DNA of 64,000 nucleotides. Source: Candidatus Omnitrophota bacterium. Its GTDB lineage: Bacteria; Omnitrophota; Gorgyraeia; Gygaellales; Profunditerraquicolaceae. The stretch covers positions 129,482-193,481 of the forward strand of contig JBAYMG010000001.1 of the NCBI GenBank assembly GCA_041663665.1, read 5' to 3'. The notes under the pieces were generated by a model that did not search any database, had not been told where the DNA came from, and saw only the letters and a list, made by a program, of their open reading frames with translations. Positions 29,666 through 37,871 of this stretch are shown piece by piece (positions within the stretch are counted from its first letter, which is position 1; each line of letters opens with the position of its first letter). Position numbers and translations under genes: made by a program.

Positions 29666-30165
29666 TTCAGGTTTATACAGGTAATGGTAAAGGTAAATCT
29701 ACCGCGGCATTTGGTTTGGCTTTAAGGGCTTCGGGCGCGGGTTTAAATGTTTATATCGCCCAGTTTGTTAAAGGCCGATGCTGTAGTGAGGTAAAAGCGT
29801 TAAAGAAAATTAAAAATATCAAGTTGGAGCAATTTGGTAGAAGTTGTTTTGTGGGTAAGGCGCCCAATAAAATTGATATTCAATTAGCGCTTAAGGGGTT
29901 TAAGAAAGTAACCGAGGTTATTTTTAAGGAAAAGTTTAGTCTGGTAATACTTGATGAAATTAATGTTGCGGTTAAATTAAAGTTGGTACCTGTAGCTAGT
30001 TTGTTGAAATTAATTGAAAGTATGCCTAAATCTGTAGAGCTGGTTCTTACCGGGCGTTGTGCTCATCCTAAGGTCCTGGAAGCCTCAGATTTAGTCAGCG
30101 AAGTCAGAGACCTAAAGCATTACTATCGCCAGGGGACAAAAGCACGCCGAGGAATTGAATTTTAG
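29662..30165 (+). CDS. cobO: Cob(I)yrinic acid a,c-diamide / corrinoid adenosyltransferase (CobO/BtuR family)
   Basis: MIQVYTGNGKGKSTAAFGLALRA P-loop, typical of the CobA/CobO family. Confidence 0.85.
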   Translation: MIQVYTGNGKGKSTAAFGLALRASGAGLNVYIAQFVKGRCCSEVKALKKIKNIKLEQFGRSCFVGKAPNKIDIQLALKGFKKVTEVIFKEKFSLVILDEINVAVKLKLVPVASLLKLIESMPKSVELVLTGRCAHPKVLEASDLVSEVRDLKHYYRQGTKARRGIEF

Positions 30166-30214
30166 GCCATAACTATTTATTCAGACAACCGGGAAAATGG
30201 TGTTTTATTTCAAC

Positions 30215-30243
30215 TTGACAGGATAAGTTATTTGCAGTAAGAT
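30215..30243 (+). promoter_or_regulatory. sigma70-like promoter (TTGACA-17-TAAGAT) driving riboswitch/btuF operon
   Basis: TTGACA at 30215-30220, 17-nt spacer, TAAGAT at 30238-30243. Confidence 0.5.
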
Positions 30244-30254
30244 TAAAAAATAAA

Positions 30255-30480
30255 TATGAGTTAAGGGAAATCCGTAGGCTGTTAAGGCCATGGCTTTAAG
30301 TTAATCAGATAGCGAAAGTCATAAATCGGATGCGGTCCCGCCGCTGTAAGAGGTTACGAAAGTTGCATTAGCCACTGTGCTGATAAAATTCGAGCATGGG
30401 AAGGCGCAACTAGTAGGATTAGCCTTGAGCCAGAAGACCTACTCATATAAAGCAACGCCTCGTGGAATGGGCCGTAAGTA
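30255..30480 (+). promoter_or_regulatory. Cobalamin (AdoCbl) riboswitch
   Basis: Contains AAGGGAAAtCC, CCCGCCGCTGTAAG (resembles conserved GCCCCCGCAACTGTAA) and GCCACTG...GGGAAGGC. A B12-box-like AGCCAGAAGACCT lies further downstream. Sits upstream of btuF/cob genes. Confidence 0.8.
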
Positions 30481-30493
30481 TAAAAGGGAGAAG

Positions 30494-30538
30494 CCCGATC
30501 CAGGTACAGAAAGTACCAGGTCGGGTTTTTTTTGTTTC
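30494..30538 (+). terminator. Intrinsic terminator (riboswitch expression platform)
   Basis: cccgatccaggtac-agaaa-gtaccaggtcggg followed by T8. Confidence 0.75.
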
Positions 30539-30605
30539 GCTAAATACGCTCGACAGAATGCCGTTAAATTGTAAGTCATAGGCTTGCAATAAGTGAACCT
30601 TATTT

Positions 30606-31433
30606 ATGAAGAAAATTATCCTTTTAAATTTATTCTTTTGTTTATTTGCCGGTGGCGTTGCTCAGGCGGCAGCAAGGTATATTTCCCTGGCTCCTTCGAC
30701 TACTGAGATACTTTTTGCTTTAGGTTTGGATAAAGAGATTGTTGGGGTAAGTTCGTATTGTAACTATCCGGCCAAGGCAAAAGATAAAATTAAAGTTGGG
30801 GATTTTAGCAGCCCTAATCTCGAGAAAATTATTTCTTTAGATCCGGATTATATTTTTTGTACCGGGCTTGAACAGGCTCCGGTTATTACTCAGTTAAAGG
30901 GGCTCAAACTTAATGTTTATGTTGCCGATCCGTCAAACTTTTCCGAATTATTTGATTCAATCAGGAGGATAGGAATAATAACCAATAAATCTAAAGAAGC
31001 CTCAGTTTTGATTGAGGGCATGAAAGCTGAAATCAAGGCCATTACTGCTAAGGTCGGCCTTGTTCCGCAAAATAAAAAAATTAAGGTGTTTGTTGAGATT
31101 TGGCATGAGCCTTTAATGACTATAGCTAAGGGTTCCTTTGTGGATGAGTTAATTACTTTAGCCGGCGGGATTAATATCGCCCATGATTTAATCAGGCCTT
31201 ATTGTATTTTTAGTGCAGAAAAAGTAATTAATTTGAATCCGCAATGTATTATTCTAGCCTACATGGATCGAGAATCACCGTTAAAGACAGTCCAGCAACG
31301 GTTTGGCTGGGATAAGATAGATGCGGTTAAGAATGGACAGGTATTTAATGATATTGATCCCGATATTTTACTCCGCCCGGGGCCCAGAATAACTAAGGGC
31401 TTAGTGGGACTTTATAATAAGTTGTATCCTTAA
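30606..31433 (+). CDS. btuF: Periplasmic cobalamin-binding protein of ABC importer (BtuF-like)
   Basis: Signal peptide. ISLAPSTTEILFALGL class-III PBP signature. Riboswitch-controlled. Confidence 0.8.
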   Translation: MKKIILLNLFFCLFAGGVAQAAARYISLAPSTTEILFALGLDKEIVGVSSYCNYPAKAKDKIKVGDFSSPNLEKIISLDPDYIFCTGLEQAPVITQLKGLKLNVYVADPSNFSELFDSIRRIGIITNKSKEASVLIEGMKAEIKAITAKVGLVPQNKKIKVFVEIWHEPLMTIAKGSFVDELITLAGGINIAHDLIRPYCIFSAEKVINLNPQCIILAYMDRESPLKTVQQRFGWDKIDAVKNGQVFNDIDPDILLRPGPRITKGLVGLYNKLYP

Positions 31434-31443
31434 AAGGATAACT

Positions 31444-32397
31444 ATGTATTTAAAAAGGAACTTATCGATTTTATTTTTATTGCTCTGTATTGTTATTATT
31501 TTTGCCCTGATAAAAGGCGCGGTAAATATTCCTTTAGCTAACCTTCTGTTTAAAGATAACCAGGTTATTTTTAATCTGCGCTTATTGCGGGTATTGGCGG
31601 CAATTTTAGTCGGCAGTGGATTGGCGGTTTCCGGAATTGCGCTGCAGGCAATTTTAAGAAATCCTCTTGCTGAACCGTATTTATTAGGGACATCCAGCGG
31701 GGCAGGTTTAAGCGCAGTAGTTGCGGTAATTTTAGGAGTTTCAAGAATTTATATGCCGTTGGCAGCATTTCTAGGAGCGGTGTTAAGTATCTTAATAGTT
31801 TATAATTTAGCTTCCGAAAAAGGGGTAATTGCCGGCAAATCTTTAATTCTTTCGGGTGTTATTATCTCGGTAGCTTTCTCTTCAGTTATAGTGTTTCTGG
31901 TTTCTTTGTTTGGCAATGAGGCAATGCATGAGATGAACTGGTGGCTATGGGGGAGCTTACAGGTTTATGATTATAAACTTTTACTTTTAGTAGCTCTTCC
32001 GGTTATTCTGGGTATTTGTGTAATTTATCTTTTTGCTCAAGATTTAAATGCCATAAGCTTAGGGGAAGAGGAAGCAGTGCATTTAGGTATTGATACGCAA
32101 AATATTAAAAAAATAATTATTTTAATTACGGCTTTAATTACTTCCAGCCTTATTTGTATTTGCGGAATAATCGGATTTGTCGGTTTGATTATACCGCATA
32201 TGATGCGTTTAATCGTCGGGCCGAATCATAAGATACTTATTCCGACTACTTGTTTGGCTGCTTCGGTGTTTATGGTTTTATGCGACCTTTTTTCGCGTAC
32301 TCTCTTTTCGCCGCTTGAAATACCTATCGGAGTAATTACCGCATTAATTGGGGCTCCGGTATTTGTTTTTCTTCTAAAAAAAGGGAAAAGAATTTAA
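31444..32397 (+). CDS. btuC: ABC transporter permease, FecCD/BtuC family
   Basis: 317 aa, multi-TM, FecCD-type. Confidence 0.85.
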   Translation: MYLKRNLSILFLLLCIVIIFALIKGAVNIPLANLLFKDNQVIFNLRLLRVLAAILVGSGLAVSGIALQAILRNPLAEPYLLGTSSGAGLSAVVAVILGVSRIYMPLAAFLGAVLSILIVYNLASEKGVIAGKSLILSGVIISVAFSSVIVFLVSLFGNEAMHEMNWWLWGSLQVYDYKLLLLVALPVILGICVIYLFAQDLNAISLGEEEAVHLGIDTQNIKKIIILITALITSSLICICGIIGFVGLIIPHMMRLIVGPNHKILIPTTCLAASVFMVLCDLFSRTLFSPLEIPIGVITALIGAPVFVFLLKKGKRI

Positions 32398-33185
32398 TGA
32401 GTATCCTATTGAAGATAAATAATTTATACGGCGGATATTACCAGGAAGATGTTATTAAGGGATTGTCTTTGGAGGTAAATCAGGGGGATTTCCTGGTAAT
32501 TATCGGGCCTAATGGTTCCGGTAAAACTACTCTTTTGCGCCTGGTAACGCGGGTACTGGCTATTAAAAAAGGAAAAGTTTTTTATAAAGATAAGAATATT
32601 GTTCAGATGAATTTGAAGGAATTTTGCCGTAAGACAGCTTTCGTCTCCCAGGATATTGGCACCGATTTTTCTTTTACGGTCAAAGAGTTGGTTTTGATGG
32701 GCAGGATTCCGCATTTAAAGAGGCTGCAATTTGAAACTAAGAGGGATATTGAGATTGTACAGGAGAAACTTCGAGCAACTGATCTTTTGGATTTAGCAGA
32801 TAAATGTATTGATGAGTTAAGCGCAGGTGAACGCCAGCGGGTTTTAGTTGCCCGGGCCTTGGCGCAAGAGCCGGAACTTTTATTTTTGGATGAACCGACA
32901 TCCCATTTAGATATCGGACATCAGATTCAAATTCTGGATTTATTAAAAAAACTTAATCGGGTGAATAATTTAACTATTGTTATGATTCTGCATGATTTGA
33001 ACTTGGCCAGTGCCTATGCCAACCGTATTGCCTTGCTGGATAAGGGCTTTGTTTTTAAAGAGGGCCATCCGAAAGAGGTGTTAACTTATAAGAACATTGA
33101 GGCGGTTTATAAGACCATTGTCCTGGTGGATAATAATCGTTTAACAGGCAAGCCAAATATAGTTTTGGTTCCCGGTGAAAAATGA
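32397..33185 (+). CDS. btuD: ABC transporter ATPase (BtuD/FepC-like)
   Basis: GPNGSGKTT Walker A, LSAGERQR signature, LLFLDEPTSHLD Walker B. Confidence 0.88.
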   Translation: MSILLKINNLYGGYYQEDVIKGLSLEVNQGDFLVIIGPNGSGKTTLLRLVTRVLAIKKGKVFYKDKNIVQMNLKEFCRKTAFVSQDIGTDFSFTVKELVLMGRIPHLKRLQFETKRDIEIVQEKLRATDLLDLADKCIDELSAGERQRVLVARALAQEPELLFLDEPTSHLDIGHQIQILDLLKKLNRVNNLTIVMILHDLNLASAYANRIALLDKGFVFKEGHPKEVLTYKNIEAVYKTIVLVDNNRLTGKPNIVLVPGEK

Positions 33186-33778
33186 TGGCTACGAAACTTA
33201 TTTTGATCCGCCATGGGGTAACGCAATGGAATAAGCAGAAGCGTTATTGTGGATATAAAGATGTAAATTTAAGCAATCAGGGCAGGGTCCAGGTAGCTAA
33301 GTTGCGTAAGAGCCTTAAGCAGGTTAGTTTCGACAAAATTTATTGTAGTAACAGGAAACGAGCCCTGCAAACTAAGAGCATACTTTTTGGAAAAATAGAT
33401 TTTGTAAAAGTAAAAGATTTAAGAGAGATTCATTTTGGTGTTTTTGAAGGGTTAAAGCATGAGCAGATTATGAAAAAATACTCGGATGTTTACCAAAAAT
33501 GGTTAAAAAATCCTTATCAGGGCTGTATTCCAAGGGCAGAATCAATGCAAGTTTTTAAAAAGAGGGTGCTTAAGGCTATTAGGATGATTGTCCGGTTTAA
33601 TCCCGGTAAAACAGTTGCGGTTGTCTGCCATGGCGGGGTAATTGGGGTGTTGGTAGGCAGCATATTAAAGAGTAAAAAATTTTGGGAACATGTTCCGTCT
33701 TCGGCGAGTGTGACAATTGTGGAATATGCCAACCTTAAACTTAAGCTGCTGGAGTTTGATAAACAAGGAATGGAATAA
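33182..33778 (+). CDS. cobC: Alpha-ribazole-5'-phosphate phosphatase (histidine phosphatase family)
   Basis: LIRHGVTQWN RHG motif. Sits within the cob locus. Confidence 0.75.
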   Translation: MMATKLILIRHGVTQWNKQKRYCGYKDVNLSNQGRVQVAKLRKSLKQVSFDKIYCSNRKRALQTKSILFGKIDFVKVKDLREIHFGVFEGLKHEQIMKKYSDVYQKWLKNPYQGCIPRAESMQVFKKRVLKAIRMIVRFNPGKTVAVVCHGGVIGVLVGSILKSKKFWEHVPSSASVTIVEYANLKLKLLEFDKQGME

Positions 33779-33781
33779 ATA

Positions 33782-34309
33782 ATGAATAAAATTACTTTGA
33801 TTTTAGGGGGAGCCAGGAGCGGAAAAAGTACTTATGCGTTAAAGCTGGCTAAGCAGTATAAGAAAGTAGCATTTGTCGCTACTTGCCAGGGTAAAGACAA
33901 AGAGATGCAGGAGCGTATCAGGCTGCATAAAGAAGCCAGGCCAAAAAATTGGGAAACTTTTGAGGAGCCTAAGGATTTAGCGAAATTACTGGCTAAGATT
34001 AATCGTAATTTTGATTGCATTATTATTGATTGTCTTACTCTTTTAGTTTCAAATCTTATTTTGTCTAAAAATAAGGAAAGGCAGGTTTTAAAGAAGATTG
34101 AAGAATTGCTGCTTGTTTTAGGTAAAACTAAGGCAAATATAATTTTAGTTTCTAATGAAGTTGGATTAGGATTGGTTCCGATGAATAAACTGGGCAGGGA
34201 TTTTCGTGATGTTGCCGGTAAAGTTAACCAGCTGGCTGCTGAAAAATCTAATCAAGTTTTTTTTATGGTTTCGGGCCTAGTTTTAAAAGTAAAAGGAAAA
34301 AATAAATGA
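33782..34309 (+). CDS. cobU: Adenosylcobinamide kinase / adenosylcobinamide-phosphate guanylyltransferase
   Basis: ILGGARSGKS P-loop. 175 aa. Confidence 0.85.
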   Translation: MNKITLILGGARSGKSTYALKLAKQYKKVAFVATCQGKDKEMQERIRLHKEARPKNWETFEEPKDLAKLLAKINRNFDCIIIDCLTLLVSNLILSKNKERQVLKKIEELLLVLGKTKANIILVSNEVGLGLVPMNKLGRDFRDVAGKVNQLAAEKSNQVFFMVSGLVLKVKGKNK

Positions 34310-35367
34310 AGAGGATTAGCCGGTTAGTCGAAAATATTTCTGGAATCAATCAGGAGGTTGTAAAAAAAGCACAGGACAGGTTAGATAGTTTGACTAAGCC
34401 TTTGGGCAGCCTTGGCCGGTTAGAGGAATTGGCAAAGCAAATTTGTGGAATTAAGGGTGAACTTGCTTTAGGGTTAGATAATAAAGTTATTTTTACTTTA
34501 GCCGCAGACCATGGAGTTACTGATGAAGGGGTCAGTGTCTATCCTAAAGAAGTGACTGCTCAGATGGTTTATAATTTTTTAAACGGCGGTGCAGGAATAA
34601 ATGTTTTAGCTAAACATGTTGGCTTGAAAGTTGTGGTGGTGGATATCGGGGTTGCTAGTGATTTAAAGGCAAGCCCAAAATTACTGATAAACAAGATAAA
34701 TTATGGAACGAAAAATATGGCCAAAGGGCCGGCGATGACTAGGGATGAAGCCATAAAAGCAATTTGTGTGGGGATAGATTTGTTTGAGGAAGAGTTTAAA
34801 CGCGGGCTGGATATCGTTGGCATCGGTGAGATGGGTATTGGTAATACTACGGCTGCCAGCGCAATTACGGCTGTATTTACCGGTAAGAGCGTTGAAGAGA
34901 TTACCGGCCGAGGGGCTGGTTTGGGCGCTTTAGGGTTAAAGAATAAAATAGATATTATTAAGAAGTCGCTTGTGATTAATCAGCCTGATCCGGATTGTGC
35001 GATTGATGTTTTATCAAAAGTAGGCGGTTTTGAAATTGCGGGCATGGCTGGGATAATTTTGGCTGCTTCAGCGAATAAAATCCCGGTGGTTATTGATGGG
35101 TTTATTTCAGGATCTGCGGCGTTAGTTGCGTATCAGATTGAGCCTAAAGTTAAGGATTATATGATTGCCGCGCATTGTTCGGTTGAGACCGGGCATAAGG
35201 TTATCTTGGAGTATCTTGGATTAAAACCGTTGTTGGATTTAGATTTGAGGCTCGGCGAAGGTACTGGCGCAGCTCTGGGTATTGGATTAGCTGATGCTGC
35301 GATTAAAATCCTTACACAGATGGCGACTTTTAAGAGTGCCAATGTTTCGGAGAAGAAAAATGACTAG
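34306..35367 (+). CDS. cobT: Nicotinate-nucleotide--dimethylbenzimidazole phosphoribosyltransferase
   Basis: 353 aa. ...GEMGIGNTT... CobT signature. Confidence 0.88.
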   Translation: MKRISRLVENISGINQEVVKKAQDRLDSLTKPLGSLGRLEELAKQICGIKGELALGLDNKVIFTLAADHGVTDEGVSVYPKEVTAQMVYNFLNGGAGINVLAKHVGLKVVVVDIGVASDLKASPKLLINKINYGTKNMAKGPAMTRDEAIKAICVGIDLFEEEFKRGLDIVGIGEMGIGNTTAASAITAVFTGKSVEEITGRGAGLGALGLKNKIDIIKKSLVINQPDPDCAIDVLSKVGGFEIAGMAGIILAASANKIPVVIDGFISGSAALVAYQIEPKVKDYMIAAHCSVETGHKVILEYLGLKPLLDLDLRLGEGTGAALGIGLADAAIKILTQMATFKSANVSEKKND

Positions 35368-36109
35368 TTTTTTCTTAGCCTTACAATTTTTAACTACCTT
35401 GTCCTTGAAAATAGAAGGGTTCAGTGGGAGAAGGATCGCCTGGTCTTTGGTTTACTTCCCGGTGGTTGGTTGTTTATTGGCTGCTTTGCTTATCGGATTA
35501 AACTCGTTATTGATAATTTTGGGTATTTCTCAAGTGGTAACCAATATAATACTGGTAATCTTTTTGATAATTCTTACCGGAGGAATGCATCTGGACGGCT
35601 TAGCTGATACTACTGATGCCTTATTGAGCGGTAAAGAAAAAAAAGAGATGCTTGAGATTATGCGCGACCCGCATGTTGGAGTAATGGGGGTTTTGAGCCT
35701 GATAAGTATTATGCTTTTAAAAGTTGTTTTACTTTCTTCGGTTAGCATCTTTTTTAAACCAATAGCTTTATTCCTCATGTGCATTTTAAGCCGCTGGTCA
35801 GTAGTATTAATAATGTATTTGTTTCCTTATGCCAGAGAAGAAGGGAAAGCTAAGTTGTTTATCCAGGGATTAACTTTTAAGATTTTTGCAACTTCGCTTG
35901 CCATAACCGCCACATTTTCTTTTGTTGTTTGGGATTTACCGGGTTTGTTAGTATTCTTGATTATCGCTGGATGTGTTTATTTAGGCAATAAGGTTATAAG
36001 CAAAAAGTTAGGTGGAGTTACCGGAGATACGCTGGGTGCGACCATGGAATTGACCGAGGTAACTGTTTTATTTATTGTTTGTATTATGCAAAGGATGATT
36101 AATGGATAA
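35360..36109 (+). CDS. cobS: Adenosylcobinamide-GDP ribazoletransferase (cobalamin synthase)
   Basis: Start chosen at ATG 35360 (MTSFFLALQFL...), overlapping the cobT stop by 8 nt. Multi-TM CobS family. Confidence 0.85.
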   Translation: MTSFFLALQFLTTLSLKIEGFSGRRIAWSLVYFPVVGCLLAALLIGLNSLLIILGISQVVTNIILVIFLIILTGGMHLDGLADTTDALLSGKEKKEMLEIMRDPHVGVMGVLSLISIMLLKVVLLSSVSIFFKPIALFLMCILSRWSVVLIMYLFPYAREEGKAKLFIQGLTFKIFATSLAITATFSFVVWDLPGLLVFLIIAGCVYLGNKVISKKLGGVTGDTLGATMELTEVTVLFIVCIMQRMING

Positions 36110-36776
36110 ACAAAAAGCTTTAGCATCTTGGAGTGGGGGAAAAGACAGTTGTTTGGCTTGTTACCGGGCAATTAAGCAGGGATATAAAATTAAATATTTA
36201 TTAAATTTTATATCCCGGGAATCCAAGAGAGGATGTTTTCATGGATTGGAAGGAAAACTTCTAAGGTTTCAGGCAGATTTGATCGGGATTCCTCTGGTGC
36301 AATACGAGGTCAGCCCGGATATGCAAAAATACGAAGAAGAATTTAAAGCTGCAATTATTCAAAGCAGAGGCAATGATATTGGTACAATGGTTTTTGGAGA
36401 TATATATTTGCTGGAGCATGAAAGTTGGATCGAGCGAGTTTGTGCGGATTTAAAAATTAAGGCGTTAGAGCCTCTTTGGAATAATGATCCCGAAGAAATT
36501 GTTAATGAGTTTATTGATCTAGGGTTTAAGGCAATTATTGTTAGCTGTAAAGCTGACATAATGGGTAAAGAATTTCTTGGCCGTTATGTAGATAGGGATT
36601 TGGTAAGGGAGTTAAAAAATAAAGGTATCTGTCCCTGCGGGGAGAAAGGAGAATTTCACACTTTGGTTCTGGATGGGCCGATATTCAGCAAGCCCATTAA
36701 GATACTTGAAGCTGAACCGATAATTAAAGAAAGTTTTTGGCAGCACTGGTTCTTAGATATTAAAAAATACGATTAA
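36102..36776 (+). CDS. PP-loop ATP pyrophosphatase of the MJ0570/Dph6 (DUF71) family
   Basis: SWSGGKDS PP-loop, ...GDIYLLEHESWIERVC... and GEKGEFHT motifs typical of DUF71/diphthine-ammonia-ligase-like proteins. Start overlaps cobS. Confidence 0.7.
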   Translation: MDKQKALASWSGGKDSCLACYRAIKQGYKIKYLLNFISRESKRGCFHGLEGKLLRFQADLIGIPLVQYEVSPDMQKYEEEFKAAIIQSRGNDIGTMVFGDIYLLEHESWIERVCADLKIKALEPLWNNDPEEIVNEFIDLGFKAIIVSCKADIMGKEFLGRYVDRDLVRELKNKGICPCGEKGEFHTLVLDGPIFSKPIKILEAEPIIKESFWQHWFLDIKKYD

Positions 36777-36835
36777 AATTTTTATTTGGTTTAAGTCGGT
36801 TAGTTTTAAAAAAAACTGGGAACAGCATAAATTAA

Positions 36836-37609
36836 ATGAAGCGTCAAGAATTCTCTTTTAAAGTCGGCACTACTTCCTATATCTATCCTGAAAATATTTT
36901 GCCGAATGTGCATAAATTGAAAGATTTAGTTGATGATATAGAGTTGGTTTTGTTTGAATCCAAAGAAGCCGGGAATATCCCCAAAGCGGAAGATTTAACG
37001 GAATTAAAACGCGTAAGTAATGATTGGAATTTAACCTATACTGTCCATTTGCCTTTAGATATCAATCTGGGTAGTTCGATAAGAGATGAAAGGAAGAATT
37101 CAGTAGAAAAGGTAAGGGTGTTTGTTGAGCATTTCCGTAGGCTTAAACCTTATGCCTATATATTGCATCTTAATCTGCCGAAACAAATTAAGGGGAATAT
37201 TAAGCTTTGGCAATGCAGGATTAATCGTTCATTGGAAGAAATATCTGAGCTTCAAACGGTTCTCCCGCATAATATTGTTATTGAGAACCTATGTTATCCT
37301 TTTAGCTATATTGATACCTTGATTTTGGGGAACGGTTTTTCAATTTGTGTAGATATAGGCCATCTTATTTTGATGGGGGTTGATCCGTTGAAGCATTTAA
37401 AAAAATATTTCAACGCTACGCGTCTGATTCATCTCCATGGAGTTAATGGAAGAAGAGATCATTTATCCTTAAAATATTTCGATCATATGTTAATAAGGCG
37501 TATAATCCGATTTTTAATAGATAGGGATTACCGCGGAGTATTGACTTTGGAAGTGTTTTCGCAAATAGACTTTGAAGAATCGATGAATGTTTTATGGAGG
37601 AATTTATAA
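36836..37609 (+). CDS. Xylose-isomerase-like TIM-barrel (AP endonuclease 2 fold) protein; possible CbiR-type cobamide-remodelling phosphodiesterase
   Basis: Pattern YTVHLPL / ILHLNLP / IVIENL / CVDIGHL / IHLHGVNG is typical of sugar-phosphate isomerase/epimerase TIM barrels. The CbiR call is an inference from cob context. Confidence 0.5.
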   Translation: MKRQEFSFKVGTTSYIYPENILPNVHKLKDLVDDIELVLFESKEAGNIPKAEDLTELKRVSNDWNLTYTVHLPLDINLGSSIRDERKNSVEKVRVFVEHFRRLKPYAYILHLNLPKQIKGNIKLWQCRINRSLEEISELQTVLPHNIVIENLCYPFSYIDTLILGNGFSICVDIGHLILMGVDPLKHLKKYFNATRLIHLHGVNGRRDHLSLKYFDHMLIRRIIRFLIDRDYRGVLTLEVFSQIDFEESMNVLWRNL

Positions 37610-37684
37610 AAGAAGGAGGTGAAAAAATATAAAGTTAGTTTTAGGGCGATGTTTATATAATATAAAATCAAAAAAAGTTTTTCC

Positions 37685-37860
37685 GGATAGGCAAAGGAAG
37701 TGAAGGTGTTCTGTTTGATAGTAGGCAGGGATTCCTTCCGCTGCCCCGCAACGGTAATGAAGCAGTAGGTAAAATGTGGAATCTAGAATGTAAAGTGATT
37801 CTGCTAAAAGACTATTGCTTACAAGCCCGGCCGATTGCCTATCCTGGAAGTATTCTCGGA
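37685..37860 (+). promoter_or_regulatory. Cobalamin riboswitch (second copy) upstream of btuB-like receptor
   Basis: GGAAGTGAAGGTG..., CCGCTGCCCCGCAACGGTAA (matches the conserved GCCCCCGCAACTGTAA core) and GCCGATTG...CCTGGAAG. A TATAAT -10 at 37657-62 lies upstream. Confidence 0.65.
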
Positions 37861-37871
37861 GGAGAAGAAAG

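Noticed and set aside
30377-30574. 65-aa ORF (MLIKFEHGKAQ...) in the ORF track
   Set aside because: It lies wholly within the cobalamin riboswitch aptamer and terminator. It has no RBS and is a random ORF.
37815-37871. N-terminal 19-aa extension of the TonB-dependent receptor ORF (MLTSPADCLSWKYSRRRRK)
   Set aside because: The extension lies inside the riboswitch and lacks an RBS. The downstream ATG at 37872 is preceded by GGAGGAG and opens a classical signal peptide.
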